DNA of 60,738 bases, filler included. It is 4 parts of 4 records of this genome, joined end to end, with 100 filler letters (N's around TTAATTAATTAA, not from the genome) between each part and the next. Parts side by side here need not be neighbours in the genome. Positions count along the whole stretch, not along the records: positions 39,649 to 50,467 come from DRR723986_8232; positions 50,568 to 60,738 come from DRR723986_8235; 2 more parts are not named here. One strand, given 5' to 3'. A model generated the notes under the pieces. The model was not told the origin of the DNA and made no database searches. It saw only the letters and a program-made list of their open reading frames with translations. Positions 46,174 to 54,778 of the stretch are shown one piece after another; the first letter of the stretch is position 1; the number at the start of each line of letters is the position of its first letter. The translations under genes were made by a program, and so were the position numbers.

Positions 46174-46740
46174 ATGCGCCAAGCACAGACACTCAACGAA
46201 GCCCAACTGCGTCGGGTAATACAGTACTGCCGTAGCCGCCGTCATCCAGTTCGTGACGAAACCATCATCCTGTTCAGCTTTTACGCAGGACTCAGGGCTA
46301 AGGAAATTGCCGCGCTCAAACGTGGGGATGTGTTTGATGAAACAGGAACCGTATGTGACCAGTTCATTCTGTCAGCCGCACAGAGCAAAGGTGGCAAGAC
46401 ACGCACGGTGTACTTGAACCAACGCTTGCGTCGGGCACTGGCTGATTATGCGGCGGGCTTAAACCTCAGCGATCCCAACCGTGCCCTGTTCGAAAGTCAG
46501 AAGGGCGGGCATTTCTCAGCCAACACTATGTGTCAGTTGTTCTTGGACATTTATAAAGCGGTGGGCCTTAAGGATGCCAGCAGCCATTCAGGCAGACGCA
46601 CGTACATCACCAGGCTGGCAAACAAGGGCGTCGGCGTGCGTTTGCTCGCCGAACTGGCAGGGCATTCTCATATCTCAACAACGCAAAGGTACATCGACGT
46701 GAACGCGGAGCAGTTAAGCGCGGCTGTCGAACTGCTTTGA
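46174..46740 (+). CDS. Short tyrosine recombinase (catalytic domain only)
   Basis: AGLRAKEI, SKGG, SHSGRRT, LAGH..ISTTQRY; 188 aa. Confidence 0.9.
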   Translation: MRQAQTLNEAQLRRVIQYCRSRRHPVRDETIILFSFYAGLRAKEIAALKRGDVFDETGTVCDQFILSAAQSKGGKTRTVYLNQRLRRALADYAAGLNLSDPNRALFESQKGGHFSANTMCQLFLDIYKAVGLKDASSHSGRRTYITRLANKGVGVRLLAELAGHSHISTTQRYIDVNAEQLSAAVELL

Positions 46741-46851
46741 AAGGCATCCATACAACCAAAACCAGCTTACCTTCTTGATAAATGGAGCTCGAATACTAAC
46801 GTCTTTGGAGAAATTTGATTTATTTATCCACCTCACGACAAGGCATAACTT

Positions 46852-47700
46852 ATGTTTCGATTTATTCCTGCAGGTTTGGTGTGCTTGAGCTTAGCCATAC
46901 CCTGCATTGCACAGGCTGACAGGGCCCCACGAGGCTATCAATTAAATCAAAGCAATCCAAAGCATTCTTTTCGATATTCACAGCCTGGTGAACCAGTACG
47001 TCGCGGGAAAGTCTCTGAACGCTTCGAGATACGCGACGGCTTCTGCTACGGCACCGATTGCGCTCCCGACCGCCTTCGCAGCGAAATACGGATACCCAAA
47101 AATAGAGACCGAGTTCTCAAAGGGCAAGATACTTGGTTTGGATGGAGCTTCCGGGTTGAGAGCTTCTCTTCACAACTCCGCAGGGATGGCGTTTATCCCT
47201 TTTTGGGTCAATGGAAAACCGCACCAGAGAACAGCCCCACTTTGTACCTTGTAATGGGTGGAGGTGGTGGTTCTGGTAGTGTGTATTTAAGCCTAGGGGA
47301 CATGGCCAAGAGGAATAATCAAGTCGTTTCCGGCGCAAAATGGGGCCACGTTTGCAAAAACCTCTTTACAATAGAACAAGCAAAAAAGCAGTGGATTGAC
47401 ATCGTCATCAACACAAATTTCTCTGACAAATCAGACGGATATGTTAGAGCCTGGATAAATGGCAGGCTAGCCTGTAACTATGAAGGCCAGATCGTAGCAA
47501 CCAAAACGAACGAAGACTATATTGGCCCAAATCACAGACGAGGCATCTACATTGGCAACATGTCTCGTTGGCGTGCCGCAAATGGCGACAAGCGTCTGCC
47601 GCCAGTGATTGTTTATTACGACGAATTCCTCATGGGCAGATCGCGCGATGAAGTAGACACTCGCCTAAGAGAAGCTGCAGGCCTTCGCCCAAAAGACTGA
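46852..47700 (+). CDS. Secreted polysaccharide-lyase-like (heparin lyase I/PL13-like fold) protein
   Basis: Signal peptide; RFEIR.G, RSEI, WFGWSF, GQWK, DG.V..WING, GIY, VYYDE. Confidence 0.65.
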   Translation: MFRFIPAGLVCLSLAIPCIAQADRAPRGYQLNQSNPKHSFRYSQPGEPVRRGKVSERFEIRDGFCYGTDCAPDRLRSEIRIPKNRDRVLKGQDTWFGWSFRVESFSSQLRRDGVYPFLGQWKTAPENSPTLYLVMGGGGGSGSVYLSLGDMAKRNNQVVSGAKWGHVCKNLFTIEQAKKQWIDIVINTNFSDKSDGYVRAWINGRLACNYEGQIVATKTNEDYIGPNHRRGIYIGNMSRWRAANGDKRLPPVIVYYDEFLMGRSRDEVDTRLREAAGLRPKD

Positions 47701-48082
47701 CGGTGGCAGTATTAAGATTCAGTAAATTTACTCAGTTTGTCTCTACCAGAAGATTTATCTAAGCCACTGTATTTGTTGGCTATAAAAACTTATCTGAAAA
47801 AGGTATGCTGTTTCACCCCCGATGCCGGCTAGTTCATAGGCGGTCCACGTCAGTGCAAGTTCTCCCATCAAGAAGGATACCCGTTGATAAGGGACAACCT
47901 CGATTGATACAAAATCACTTGAAGCCAGGGATTTGCAAAGCAATGTTATTTTTTAGGAAAAAGTAATTGCTTCGAGATGACTTCCGAAAGGCTGCCTAAA
48001 TATTTGACATAGGTTCGATTTTATTGGTCTCGCCAGATTGCCAGTTGGGCAATGATCAACGACAAGACATAAAGGATTAGAA

Positions 48083-48199
48083 ATGCTCAGACTTGCCATC
48101 CTGCTTACGGCTGTTCTTTCGCTCAGCGCTTGTGAGGCCACCAAAGGTTTAGGTCGTGATTTGCAAAATCTAGGGCAGGCCATTGATGATGCAGTATGA
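48083..48199 (+). CDS. Entericidin A/B-family lipoprotein (38 aa; not in the ORF track)
   Basis: MLRLAILLTAVLSLSACEATKGLGRDLQNLGQAIDDAV: lipobox LSAC and G.G.D....G.AI; AAGGA RBS. Confidence 0.8.
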   Translation: MLRLAILLTAVLSLSACEATKGLGRDLQNLGQAIDDAV

Positions 48200-48230
48200 T
48201 CATGCCTGACCTGCACAGCGCCGCCCCCGG

Positions 48231-48602
48231 ATGTCCGTGCTGTATTTGGCGCCTGTGGCTTTAGCTTCGCATTGGGTCAGAATGGGCGGTTCCAGTTTTC
48301 AATGGGACTGGAGTGCAGCATTGATGCCTATGTTTGGCGTGATTTGCGTGCCAGCAGTCTTTGACATTGCAGCGCGATTGGGCGCCGACCTCAGATTACA
48401 GTCAGGTAAAATAGCGAATTGGAAAGACGTGATATTGGTTGGCTGCTTTGCATCTGCCATCAGTGCGGTTGGGGCCAACCTGCTTGCAGGCAACACCCTG
48501 ACCACCATGTCCTACTACTTGATAGGCGACATTGTGGGAATGCTGGTTTTGCTGCTGGGGCTAATGGTTTTGTTTCGCGTCATGCGCCAGTTTGGATTTT
48601 AA
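48231..48602 (+). CDS. Small membrane protein, possibly N-terminally truncated
   Basis: Three to four hydrophobic segments. Confidence 0.45.
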   Translation: MSVLYLAPVALASHWVRMGGSSFQWDWSAALMPMFGVICVPAVFDIAARLGADLRLQSGKIANWKDVILVGCFASAISAVGANLLAGNTLTTMSYYLIGDIVGMLVLLLGLMVLFRVMRQFGF

Positions 48603-48656
48603 ATCTGCCGCCACTTTTTTAGCATAAAAAGCGTAAATTGTTGATGTTATTGAAAA

Positions 48657-50228
48657 CTAACCAATAATTTTAATTAATCCATCCTCACTAAGCCTGCCTT
48701 GGTCTACCGCATCCAGCGCCCGATGCGTGATAGCTTCACTTGGCACATATCCGTCACGTGATACGCCCACGGCAGCTAATAGTGCGGCTTCACCAATCTT
48801 GCCTGCATCAAACAGATCAAAGGCGCGATCAGCAGGCGACTTTTGAGGGTCATCTGTTTCAACCTGCGTTTCGACCTGGTCGCCCGCGTCAGCGTTGACA
48901 CCCTCTTCCATCTCAGGTTCTGCCGGCAACTCTGCCTCAATCACCGCATCGGGATCAGCGGTGGTTAAGTTATCACCTGTTACTGCATGAGACTGCACGT
49001 TGTAGCGTTTGCGGAACTCATCGGGCGGCAAATCATGACGCTTGCCGGTGAGCACCTCCTTACGCAGCCGCGGCGTGAGATGGCTGTAATGCTGTTCAAT
49101 CATCTGAATGGATGTTCCCATCTGTATGGCCAGCGTGTGGATGTCCATGCCATCGTTCAACAGTGCAAACGTGGCGTAGGTATGCCGGAAGCTGTAGAGC
49201 GTCCTGCTCTGCCCTGTACGTGGGCATTTGAGTAGCCCTGTATCCTCCATCAACAACCGAAATGTCTGACGCAAGTTCTTGGTCACAGTGCCATCAGGCA
49301 GGCGAAAAACTGGCTTGTCCACCTGCGCTTTTAGCAGCTCTTCAAACGTCATATCCGCAATGTCGGGCGAGCGGCTCTGAATACGTTTGAGATAGTTGAT
49401 CACGCCAATCCGGCACATCAGGTCACGAGGACCCGTTTTGCCATTCACATGCATTTCCAAGTAGGTCAGCCCATCTTCTTTAAACAGATGAATATGCTTC
49501 CAACGCAGGTTCTGCGCCTCAGTGCCATGTCGAATTCCGGTATTGGCAAGGATTAGAATGTAATCACGCAACAGATACCGCATATCGCGTGACTTGCCAT
49601 CACGCCCCTTGTCGATCCACGAGGGCAACGTGGCAATCATCTTGCGATATTCTTCGCGTCGAAAATCTGGCCTGCGTTCGCTGTCCTTGCCCTTGTTGAT
49701 CAGCACGGGCACATGGGTGCGGTTCATGTATCCACGGGCCACAGCTTCATCAAAAACTCTGTTCAATGCCGAATTATGAGTATTCAGCGTCGAGGCACGC
49801 GGCTCGTGTCCCATCTTGTGTTCACGCCATTTGGCGAACTGCTGCAGGTCTTCATAGGTGATGCTGGTAATGAACCGATCACCGAAATAGGGGATGAAAT
49901 ACCGTTCCAGCACGATCTTGTAGTCACGGTAGCTTTTCTTCCCCGCGCCTGCCTCAACCTGCTTGTCCATCTCTGCAATGGCCACAGCCGCAACATCAGC
50001 AAATCGCTTACTGATCACCGGCAAGCCATTCTTAAGCCGCACCTGATACTCAACATACAGTTCGCGGGCCTTGGTCTTGGCTTCACTCAGCTGCTTGCAT
50101 TTAGTGCTTAAGCGTACCCAGCGCCCGTCAATCTTGAACGTTGCCTGCCATGCCCTGCTGCGGTCACGCTTGAAGAGGCGCACATCGCCATCCAGCAGTG
50201 TCACAGTTTGGGAGCTAAGCTTGGGCAT
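48657..50228 (-). CDS. int: Tyrosine integrase with acidic C-terminal extension
   Basis: ANTGIRHGTEA, GKTG.R, YSFRHTYAT, MGTS..MIE.HY; adjacent to a tRNA 3' end. Confidence 0.92.
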   Translation of the reverse strand: MPKLSSQTVTLLDGDVRLFKRDRSRAWQATFKIDGRWVRLSTKCKQLSEAKTKARELYVEYQVRLKNGLPVISKRFADVAAVAIAEMDKQVEAGAGKKSYRDYKIVLERYFIPYFGDRFITSITYEDLQQFAKWREHKMGHEPRASTLNTHNSALNRVFDEAVARGYMNRTHVPVLINKGKDSERRPDFRREEYRKMIATLPSWIDKGRDGKSRDMRYLLRDYILILANTGIRHGTEAQNLRWKHIHLFKEDGLTYLEMHVNGKTGPRDLMCRIGVINYLKRIQSRSPDIADMTFEELLKAQVDKPVFRLPDGTVTKNLRQTFRLLMEDTGLLKCPRTGQSRTLYSFRHTYATFALLNDGMDIHTLAIQMGTSIQMIEQHYSHLTPRLRKEVLTGKRHDLPPDEFRKRYNVQSHAVTGDNLTTADPDAVIEAELPAEPEMEEGVNADAGDQVETQVETDDPQKSPADRAFDLFDAGKIGEAALLAAVGVSRDGYVPSEAITHRALDAVDQGRLSEDGLIKIIG

Positions 50229-50437
50229 GTTTTTTGTTTTTGCGAGACTTTCAAAACGCTGTGTTGCGACAGTTCCAGCAAACACTGTGTTCCGAAACGA
50301 TGTCGCAAACACTGTGTTCAACACAGTTGATTCTACGCTCAGCAGCCAAGCAATGCGACTGAAAAAGTGCGCTACAGGTGCGCTACGCAAAAACTGCGTC
50401 AACCAAAAAATTAAGTCACTGTTTTATATGGAGAAAA

Positions 50438-50467
50438 TGGTAGCGGAGGAGGGACTTGAACCCCCGA
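50438..50467 (-). tRNA. 3' end of a tRNA, probably tRNA-Met; integration site
   Basis: Minus strand TCGGGGGTTCAAGTCCCTCCTCCGCTACCA. The anticodon is outside the contig, so identity comes from recalled similarity only. Confidence 0.7.
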
Positions 50468-50567
50468 NNNNNNNNNNNNNNNNNNNNNNNNNNNNNNNNN
50501 NNNNNNNNNNNTTAATTAATTAANNNNNNNNNNNNNNNNNNNNNNNNNNNNNNNNNNNNNNNNNNNN
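50468..50567. other. Artificial contig linker
   Basis: N-run, TTAATTAATTAA, N-run. Confidence 0.99.
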
Positions 50568-50741
50568 CCCGCCATCCGGGAAGGCAAGTTAACGATCGTC
50601 CTGCCGGAACATGAACCGGAGCCGCTGGGGCTTTACGCCGTCTACGCTCACCGCCAGTTACTGGCAAGCAAGGTCCGCAGCTTCATCGACTTCATTGACG
50701 GTTATTTTGGTGATCCGCCCTACTGGGACAGGTTTGAGTAG
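50568..50741 (+). CDS. LysR-family regulator, C-terminal fragment
   Basis: G.L..VLP.....LGLYAVYAHRQLLASKVRSFIDF. Confidence 0.8.
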   Translation, partial: PAIREGKLTIVLPEHEPEPLGLYAVYAHRQLLASKVRSFIDFIDGYFGDPPYWDRFE

Positions 50742-50863
50742 CTGCAATGCACCGTCAATCAAAAGACGCGCGGATATACACCGAGCACAACGTCATTGGA
50801 CATTTTCAAGTTGTTGGAAAGCGGATATTTAAGGAGATTCTGAGATATTTGCGGGGATCAACC

Positions 50864-50937
50864 TGGAGCGGGCGATGGGAATCGAACCCACGTCGTAGGC
50901 TTGGGAAGCCTCTGCTCTACCATTGAGCTACGCCCGC
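50864..50937 (-). tRNA. tRNA-Gly(CCC)
   Basis: GCGGGCGTAGCTCAATGGTAGAGC...AGGC-TTCCCAA-GCCT...GGTTCGATTCCC...CGCCCGCTCCA; 74-nt cloverleaf. Confidence 0.96.
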
Positions 50938-51009
50938 CTGCATAATGATTGCCACAGCAATATAAGCCCGGGCCCTGCGTTCGGGCAAGCCCCTTTGGTC
51001 TGGAGTCTG

Positions 51010-52722
51010 ATGGATCCCACACTTACCCTGATTGGCGCCTTGATGCTGGTGATCAGCATCGTTCTCAGCCCGCTTTCCAGCCGCGTTGGCATGCCCGTGC
51101 TGCTGATCTTCCTGGTCGTGGGCATGATGATGGGGGAAGACGGCCCGGGTGGTATCGAATTCGACAACTTCGAGCTGGCCTTCCTGATCGCCAATCTGGC
51201 GCTGGGTGTGATTCTGCTGGATGGCGGCATGCGTACCCGGGTGGAAACGTTCCGGGTAGGTCTGCGGCCGGCACTGGTACTGGCCACCCTTGGCGTTGGC
51301 CTGACCGCCGGTGGCGCCGCACTGGTTGCCTGGTGGGTGTTCGACCTGCACTGGCTGATGGCCTTGCTGGTCGGCGCCATTATTTCCTCCACCGATGCCG
51401 CCGCCGTCTTCTCACTGCTCCAGGGCCGGGGCCTGCATCTGAACGAGCGGGTCAGCGCCACGCTGGAAATCGAGTCCGGCAGTAACGACCCCATGGCCAT
51501 TTTCCTGACTCTGCTGCTGGTTACCCTGATTGGCAGTTACGAAGAGGGGGCATTGGCCAAAGGCCTGATGATGCTGGTACAGCAGTTCGGCATCGGCACT
51601 GTGGCCGGCCTCCTTGGTGGCTTTGCCGTGGTTCAGCTGGTCAACCGGATACGACTGACCCCGTCGCTTTACCCGTTGTTGGTAGCCGCTGCCGGCATCG
51701 CCGTGTTCTCCGCAACCAACGCCATCGGCGGCAGCGGCTTTCTGGCGATTTACCTCACCGGGGTGGTGATTGGTAACCGACATGTTCGGATGATGCCGAT
51801 GATTCTTCAGGTGCATGATGGTCTGGCCTGGCTGGCGCAGCTTTGCCTGTTCCTGATGCTGGGCCTGCTGGTTAATCCATCGGATCTGGTGCCGCTGGCC
51901 GGTGGCGGTCTGATTCTGGCACTGGCGCTGATTTTCGTGATCCGGCCGGCCACCGTGCTACTCACGCTTTGGCCTTTCGCGTTCAATCGGCGGGAGTTGG
52001 GGTTTATCAGTTGGGTGGGCCTGCGTGGCGCAGTGCCGATCGTGCTCGCCCTGTTTCCGATTATTGCAGACCTCCCGGATGCCCAACTGGTATTCCATGC
52101 CGCCTTCTTTATTGTGCTGGTATCGCTGCTGGTACAGGGCACCACCATGGCACCACTGGCGCGCAAACTGAAACTGGAGGTGCCTGCAGGGGAAGATCCG
52201 TACCGCAGGCTACCTCTGGATGTGCCTGCCGCAGGTGATCACGAACTGATGCTGTTTCCGCTGCGCGGCAAGAATTGGGAAAGCCCCCGGGCCCTCGGCC
52301 AGCTCAGGCTACCCGACAATACCGCCGTTGCCGGTATCTTCCGGGATCGCAAATGCCTGCAACCAACCCGGGAACTGGAAGTTGCCTCAGGCGATGTGGT
52401 GGCCATGTTTGCCACGCCAGCCTTGCTGCCGGATCTTGGCAAGGCCCTTAGCGGCAGGCAGGCGCCGAAGCATCTGGCAGAACGGGCATTCTTTGGGGAT
52501 TTTGTGCTCAATGGCGATGCCCTGCTGGGGGATGTTGAACAGGTGTACGGCATCGAATTTGACGAGCTGCCGCCCGAACTCTCCCTGGCTGAGTGTTTTG
52601 CCAGGCGTACCAAGGGCCACCCGGTGGTTGGTGACAAGGTTGTGCTGGGGCCCGTTACCCTGGTCGCCAGGGCCACCGACGCTGACCGGGTGACCAAAGT
52701 AGGCATGAAAATGGATTCCTGA
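51010..52722 (+). CDS. cvrA: K+/H+ antiporter NhaP2/CvrA
   Basis: STDAAAVF, LEIESGSNDPMA, WVGLRGAVPI, TrkA-C and CorC-like tail. Confidence 0.92.
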   Translation: MDPTLTLIGALMLVISIVLSPLSSRVGMPVLLIFLVVGMMMGEDGPGGIEFDNFELAFLIANLALGVILLDGGMRTRVETFRVGLRPALVLATLGVGLTAGGAALVAWWVFDLHWLMALLVGAIISSTDAAAVFSLLQGRGLHLNERVSATLEIESGSNDPMAIFLTLLLVTLIGSYEEGALAKGLMMLVQQFGIGTVAGLLGGFAVVQLVNRIRLTPSLYPLLVAAAGIAVFSATNAIGGSGFLAIYLTGVVIGNRHVRMMPMILQVHDGLAWLAQLCLFLMLGLLVNPSDLVPLAGGGLILALALIFVIRPATVLLTLWPFAFNRRELGFISWVGLRGAVPIVLALFPIIADLPDAQLVFHAAFFIVLVSLLVQGTTMAPLARKLKLEVPAGEDPYRRLPLDVPAAGDHELMLFPLRGKNWESPRALGQLRLPDNTAVAGIFRDRKCLQPTRELEVASGDVVAMFATPALLPDLGKALSGRQAPKHLAERAFFGDFVLNGDALLGDVEQVYGIEFDELPPELSLAECFARRTKGHPVVGDKVVLGPVTLVARATDADRVTKVGMKMDS

Positions 52723-52841
52723 ATGGGATCCCGGTCAAGAAAAGCCAAACTCTGTAACAGAACCCCTTATCACCCCGTTACCAGGCTATGGTATAAACAG
52801 CATGAACAAAGTTTAACCATTTACCGATTTGTGCGAGTTTC

Positions 52842-53399
52842 ATGATTGTTCGAGTTCTACTGACCATCGCCCTGATTGCCTCCCCTCTGCTGGCGTCAGC
52901 CTCTGAGCTTCTGGCCCGGGCCGACACCCGCATGATGCCGAGCCCACCGGAACCGGCGTTAATGGAAGGCCTGCTGGAGATTACCCAGGTACTGGTCAAC
53001 AAAGGAGAACGTCGCCTTTACCTGCTCAGCGGTGATGAAACCGTACGCCAGTACCGGATCTCCCTCGGCGACAATCCCGTCGGCCACAAGCTGTACGAGG
53101 GGGATGAACGCACACCCGAGGGTGACTATGTACTGGACTGGCGCAATGCCAGCAGCGACTTCTATAAATCCATCCACATTTCCTACCCCAGCCCCCGCGA
53201 CCGGGAACTGGCTGAAGCCTGGGGTCTTGATCCCGGCGGCAGCATCATGATCCATGGCCTGCCCAACAATGCCGGCGACATGGCCTTTGCCTACACCGGG
53301 CTGGACTGGACCAATGGCTGCATTGCAGTGAGCAACGAAGCCATGGATGAAATCTGGCAACTGGTCCAGAATGGAACCCCCATCCGCATCGTTCCGTGA
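52842..53399 (+). CDS. L,D-transpeptidase-family (YkuD) protein
   Basis: GD.RTPEG.Y, IMIHG...WTNGCIA. Confidence 0.9.
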   Translation: MIVRVLLTIALIASPLLASASELLARADTRMMPSPPEPALMEGLLEITQVLVNKGERRLYLLSGDETVRQYRISLGDNPVGHKLYEGDERTPEGDYVLDWRNASSDFYKSIHISYPSPRDRELAEAWGLDPGGSIMIHGLPNNAGDMAFAYTGLDWTNGCIAVSNEAMDEIWQLVQNGTPIRIVP

Positions 53400-53611
53400 T
53401 TCTTTCTGCTTGGTGACAACGCCATGAAAGCCGGATTAAGTTGTTGTCATAAGCTAAGAAAATTTACGTATCCTTAGTTAACATTTTGTCTCTGAGTGTT
53501 TTACACTGTTTAACGACTCCGGTAGTCACTGCCTATCGGGCCTAGCAGAAGGGAGCTGTCTGACCGGCTTCCGGATCACAGGAAATAAAACGACCAATAA
53601 GGGGATTTACA

Positions 53612-53893
53612 ATGCGTAAACTGACGATCGCCGGGTTTGCACTGGCTACTGCTCTGACTGCAGGTTGTGCCACTACTGAACAAGCTGCTATCGACGAAGC
53701 AAATGCAACTGCCAGCTCCGCTGAGCAGACTGCCAACAACGCCCTGAACACAGCTAACAGCGCCGCCAGCAGTGCACGCACTGCCCAGCAGACTGCTGAA
53801 GAAGCTCTGGCTGCAGCCCGTGCTGCCCAGAAAGCTGCTGACGAAGCAAACGAGCGCGCCAAGCGTATGCTCGAGCGTGCCAGCCAGAAGTAA
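53612..53893 (+). CDS. Lpp/OprI-family alanine-zipper lipoprotein
   Basis: Lipobox TAGC, Ala heptads, A.EANERA.RMLE, C-terminal Lys. Confidence 0.88.
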   Translation: MRKLTIAGFALATALTAGCATTEQAAIDEANATASSAEQTANNALNTANSAASSARTAQQTAEEALAAARAAQKAADEANERAKRMLERASQK

Positions 53894-53907
53894 GGCTGTC
53901 AGCTAGC

Positions 53908-53937
53908 AAAAAAGGCCGGTTAATCCGGCCTTTTTTT
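53908..53937. terminator. Bidirectional intrinsic terminator
   Basis: AAAAAAGGCCGG-TTAAT-CCGGCCTTTTTTT. Confidence 0.9.
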
Positions 53938-53959
53938 ATGTCTGCAGAACCCTTTGGTA

Positions 53960-54751
53960 TTAGGGTTTCGGCTCTTCCTGCCCAGCCTTGTCCGGCCCCT
54001 GGTTCTGAATGAAGGTCTTGACCAGATCCATCGGCAACGGGAACACAATGGTCGAGGAGTTGTTGTTACTCATGTCCGCCAGCGTTTGCAGATAACGCAA
54101 TTGCATGGCACCGGAGTTGACAGACATCACCTCAGCCGCTTCCACCAGTTTCTTCGACGCCTGAAGCTCGCCTTCAGCGTGGATAACCTTGGCCCGGCGC
54201 TCCCGCTCGGCTTCCGCCTGACGGGCGATGGCGCGGATCATGGATTCGTTCAGATCCACATGCTTGATTTCCACATTCGCCACCTTGATACCCCATTCTT
54301 CGGTCTGGGCATCAATGATCTCCTGAATGTCGGCGTTCAGCTTGTCCCGTTCGGATAACATCTCGTCCAGGTCGTGCTTGCCCAGTACAGATCGCAGTGT
54401 CGTCTGGGCCAACTGGCTGGTAGCGGCACCATAATCTTCAACCCGGATGATGGCTTTTTCCGGATCCACCACCCGGAAGTACAGCACCGCATTTACCCGC
54501 ACGGTAACGTTGTCTTTGGAGATCACGTCCTGGCTGGGGACATCCAGGGTGATCACCCGAAGGTCAACTCGCACTATCTGCTGGATACCAGGAATGACGA
54601 TGATCAAGCCCGGGCCTTTCACGCCCTGGAACCGACCCAGAAAGAAGACCACGCCACGCTCGTATTCCGGCAGGATCTTGATTGCTGACCCCAGGATCAG
54701 CAGCAGCACCACCGTCGGTGCAATATAGGGAATAATGTCACCGAGATTCAT
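53960..54751 (-). CDS. Stomatin-like SPFH protein
   Basis: [47 protein letters not shown]. Confidence 0.93.
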   Translation of the reverse strand: MNLGDIIPYIAPTVVLLLILGSAIKILPEYERGVVFFLGRFQGVKGPGLIIVIPGIQQIVRVDLRVITLDVPSQDVISKDNVTVRVNAVLYFRVVDPEKAIIRVEDYGAATSQLAQTTLRSVLGKHDLDEMLSERDKLNADIQEIIDAQTEEWGIKVANVEIKHVDLNESMIRAIARQAEAERERRAKVIHAEGELQASKKLVEAAEVMSVNSGAMQLRYLQTLADMSNNNSSTIVFPLPMDLVKTFIQNQGPDKAGQEEPKP

Positions 54752-54778
54752 ACGGCCTCCTTGATTTGCCGTTGATGT

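Larger units (their letters stand above)
39649..50437. mobile_element. Integrative element (partial) adjacent to tRNA-Met
   Basis: Tyrosine integrase next to a tRNA 3' end, second recombinase, HUH-type Rep, DUF3768-type gene, IS5 relic; visibly more AT-rich. Confidence 0.75.

Noticed and set aside
50229-50402. 58-aa N-terminal extension of the integrase in the ORF track
   Set aside because: The region consists of DNA repeats typical of att arms or promoter; the ATG at 50228 is the more plausible start.
50864-50937. tRNA-Gly as another integration site
   Set aside because: Flanked by core genes, with no integrase or duplicated 3' end in this contig.
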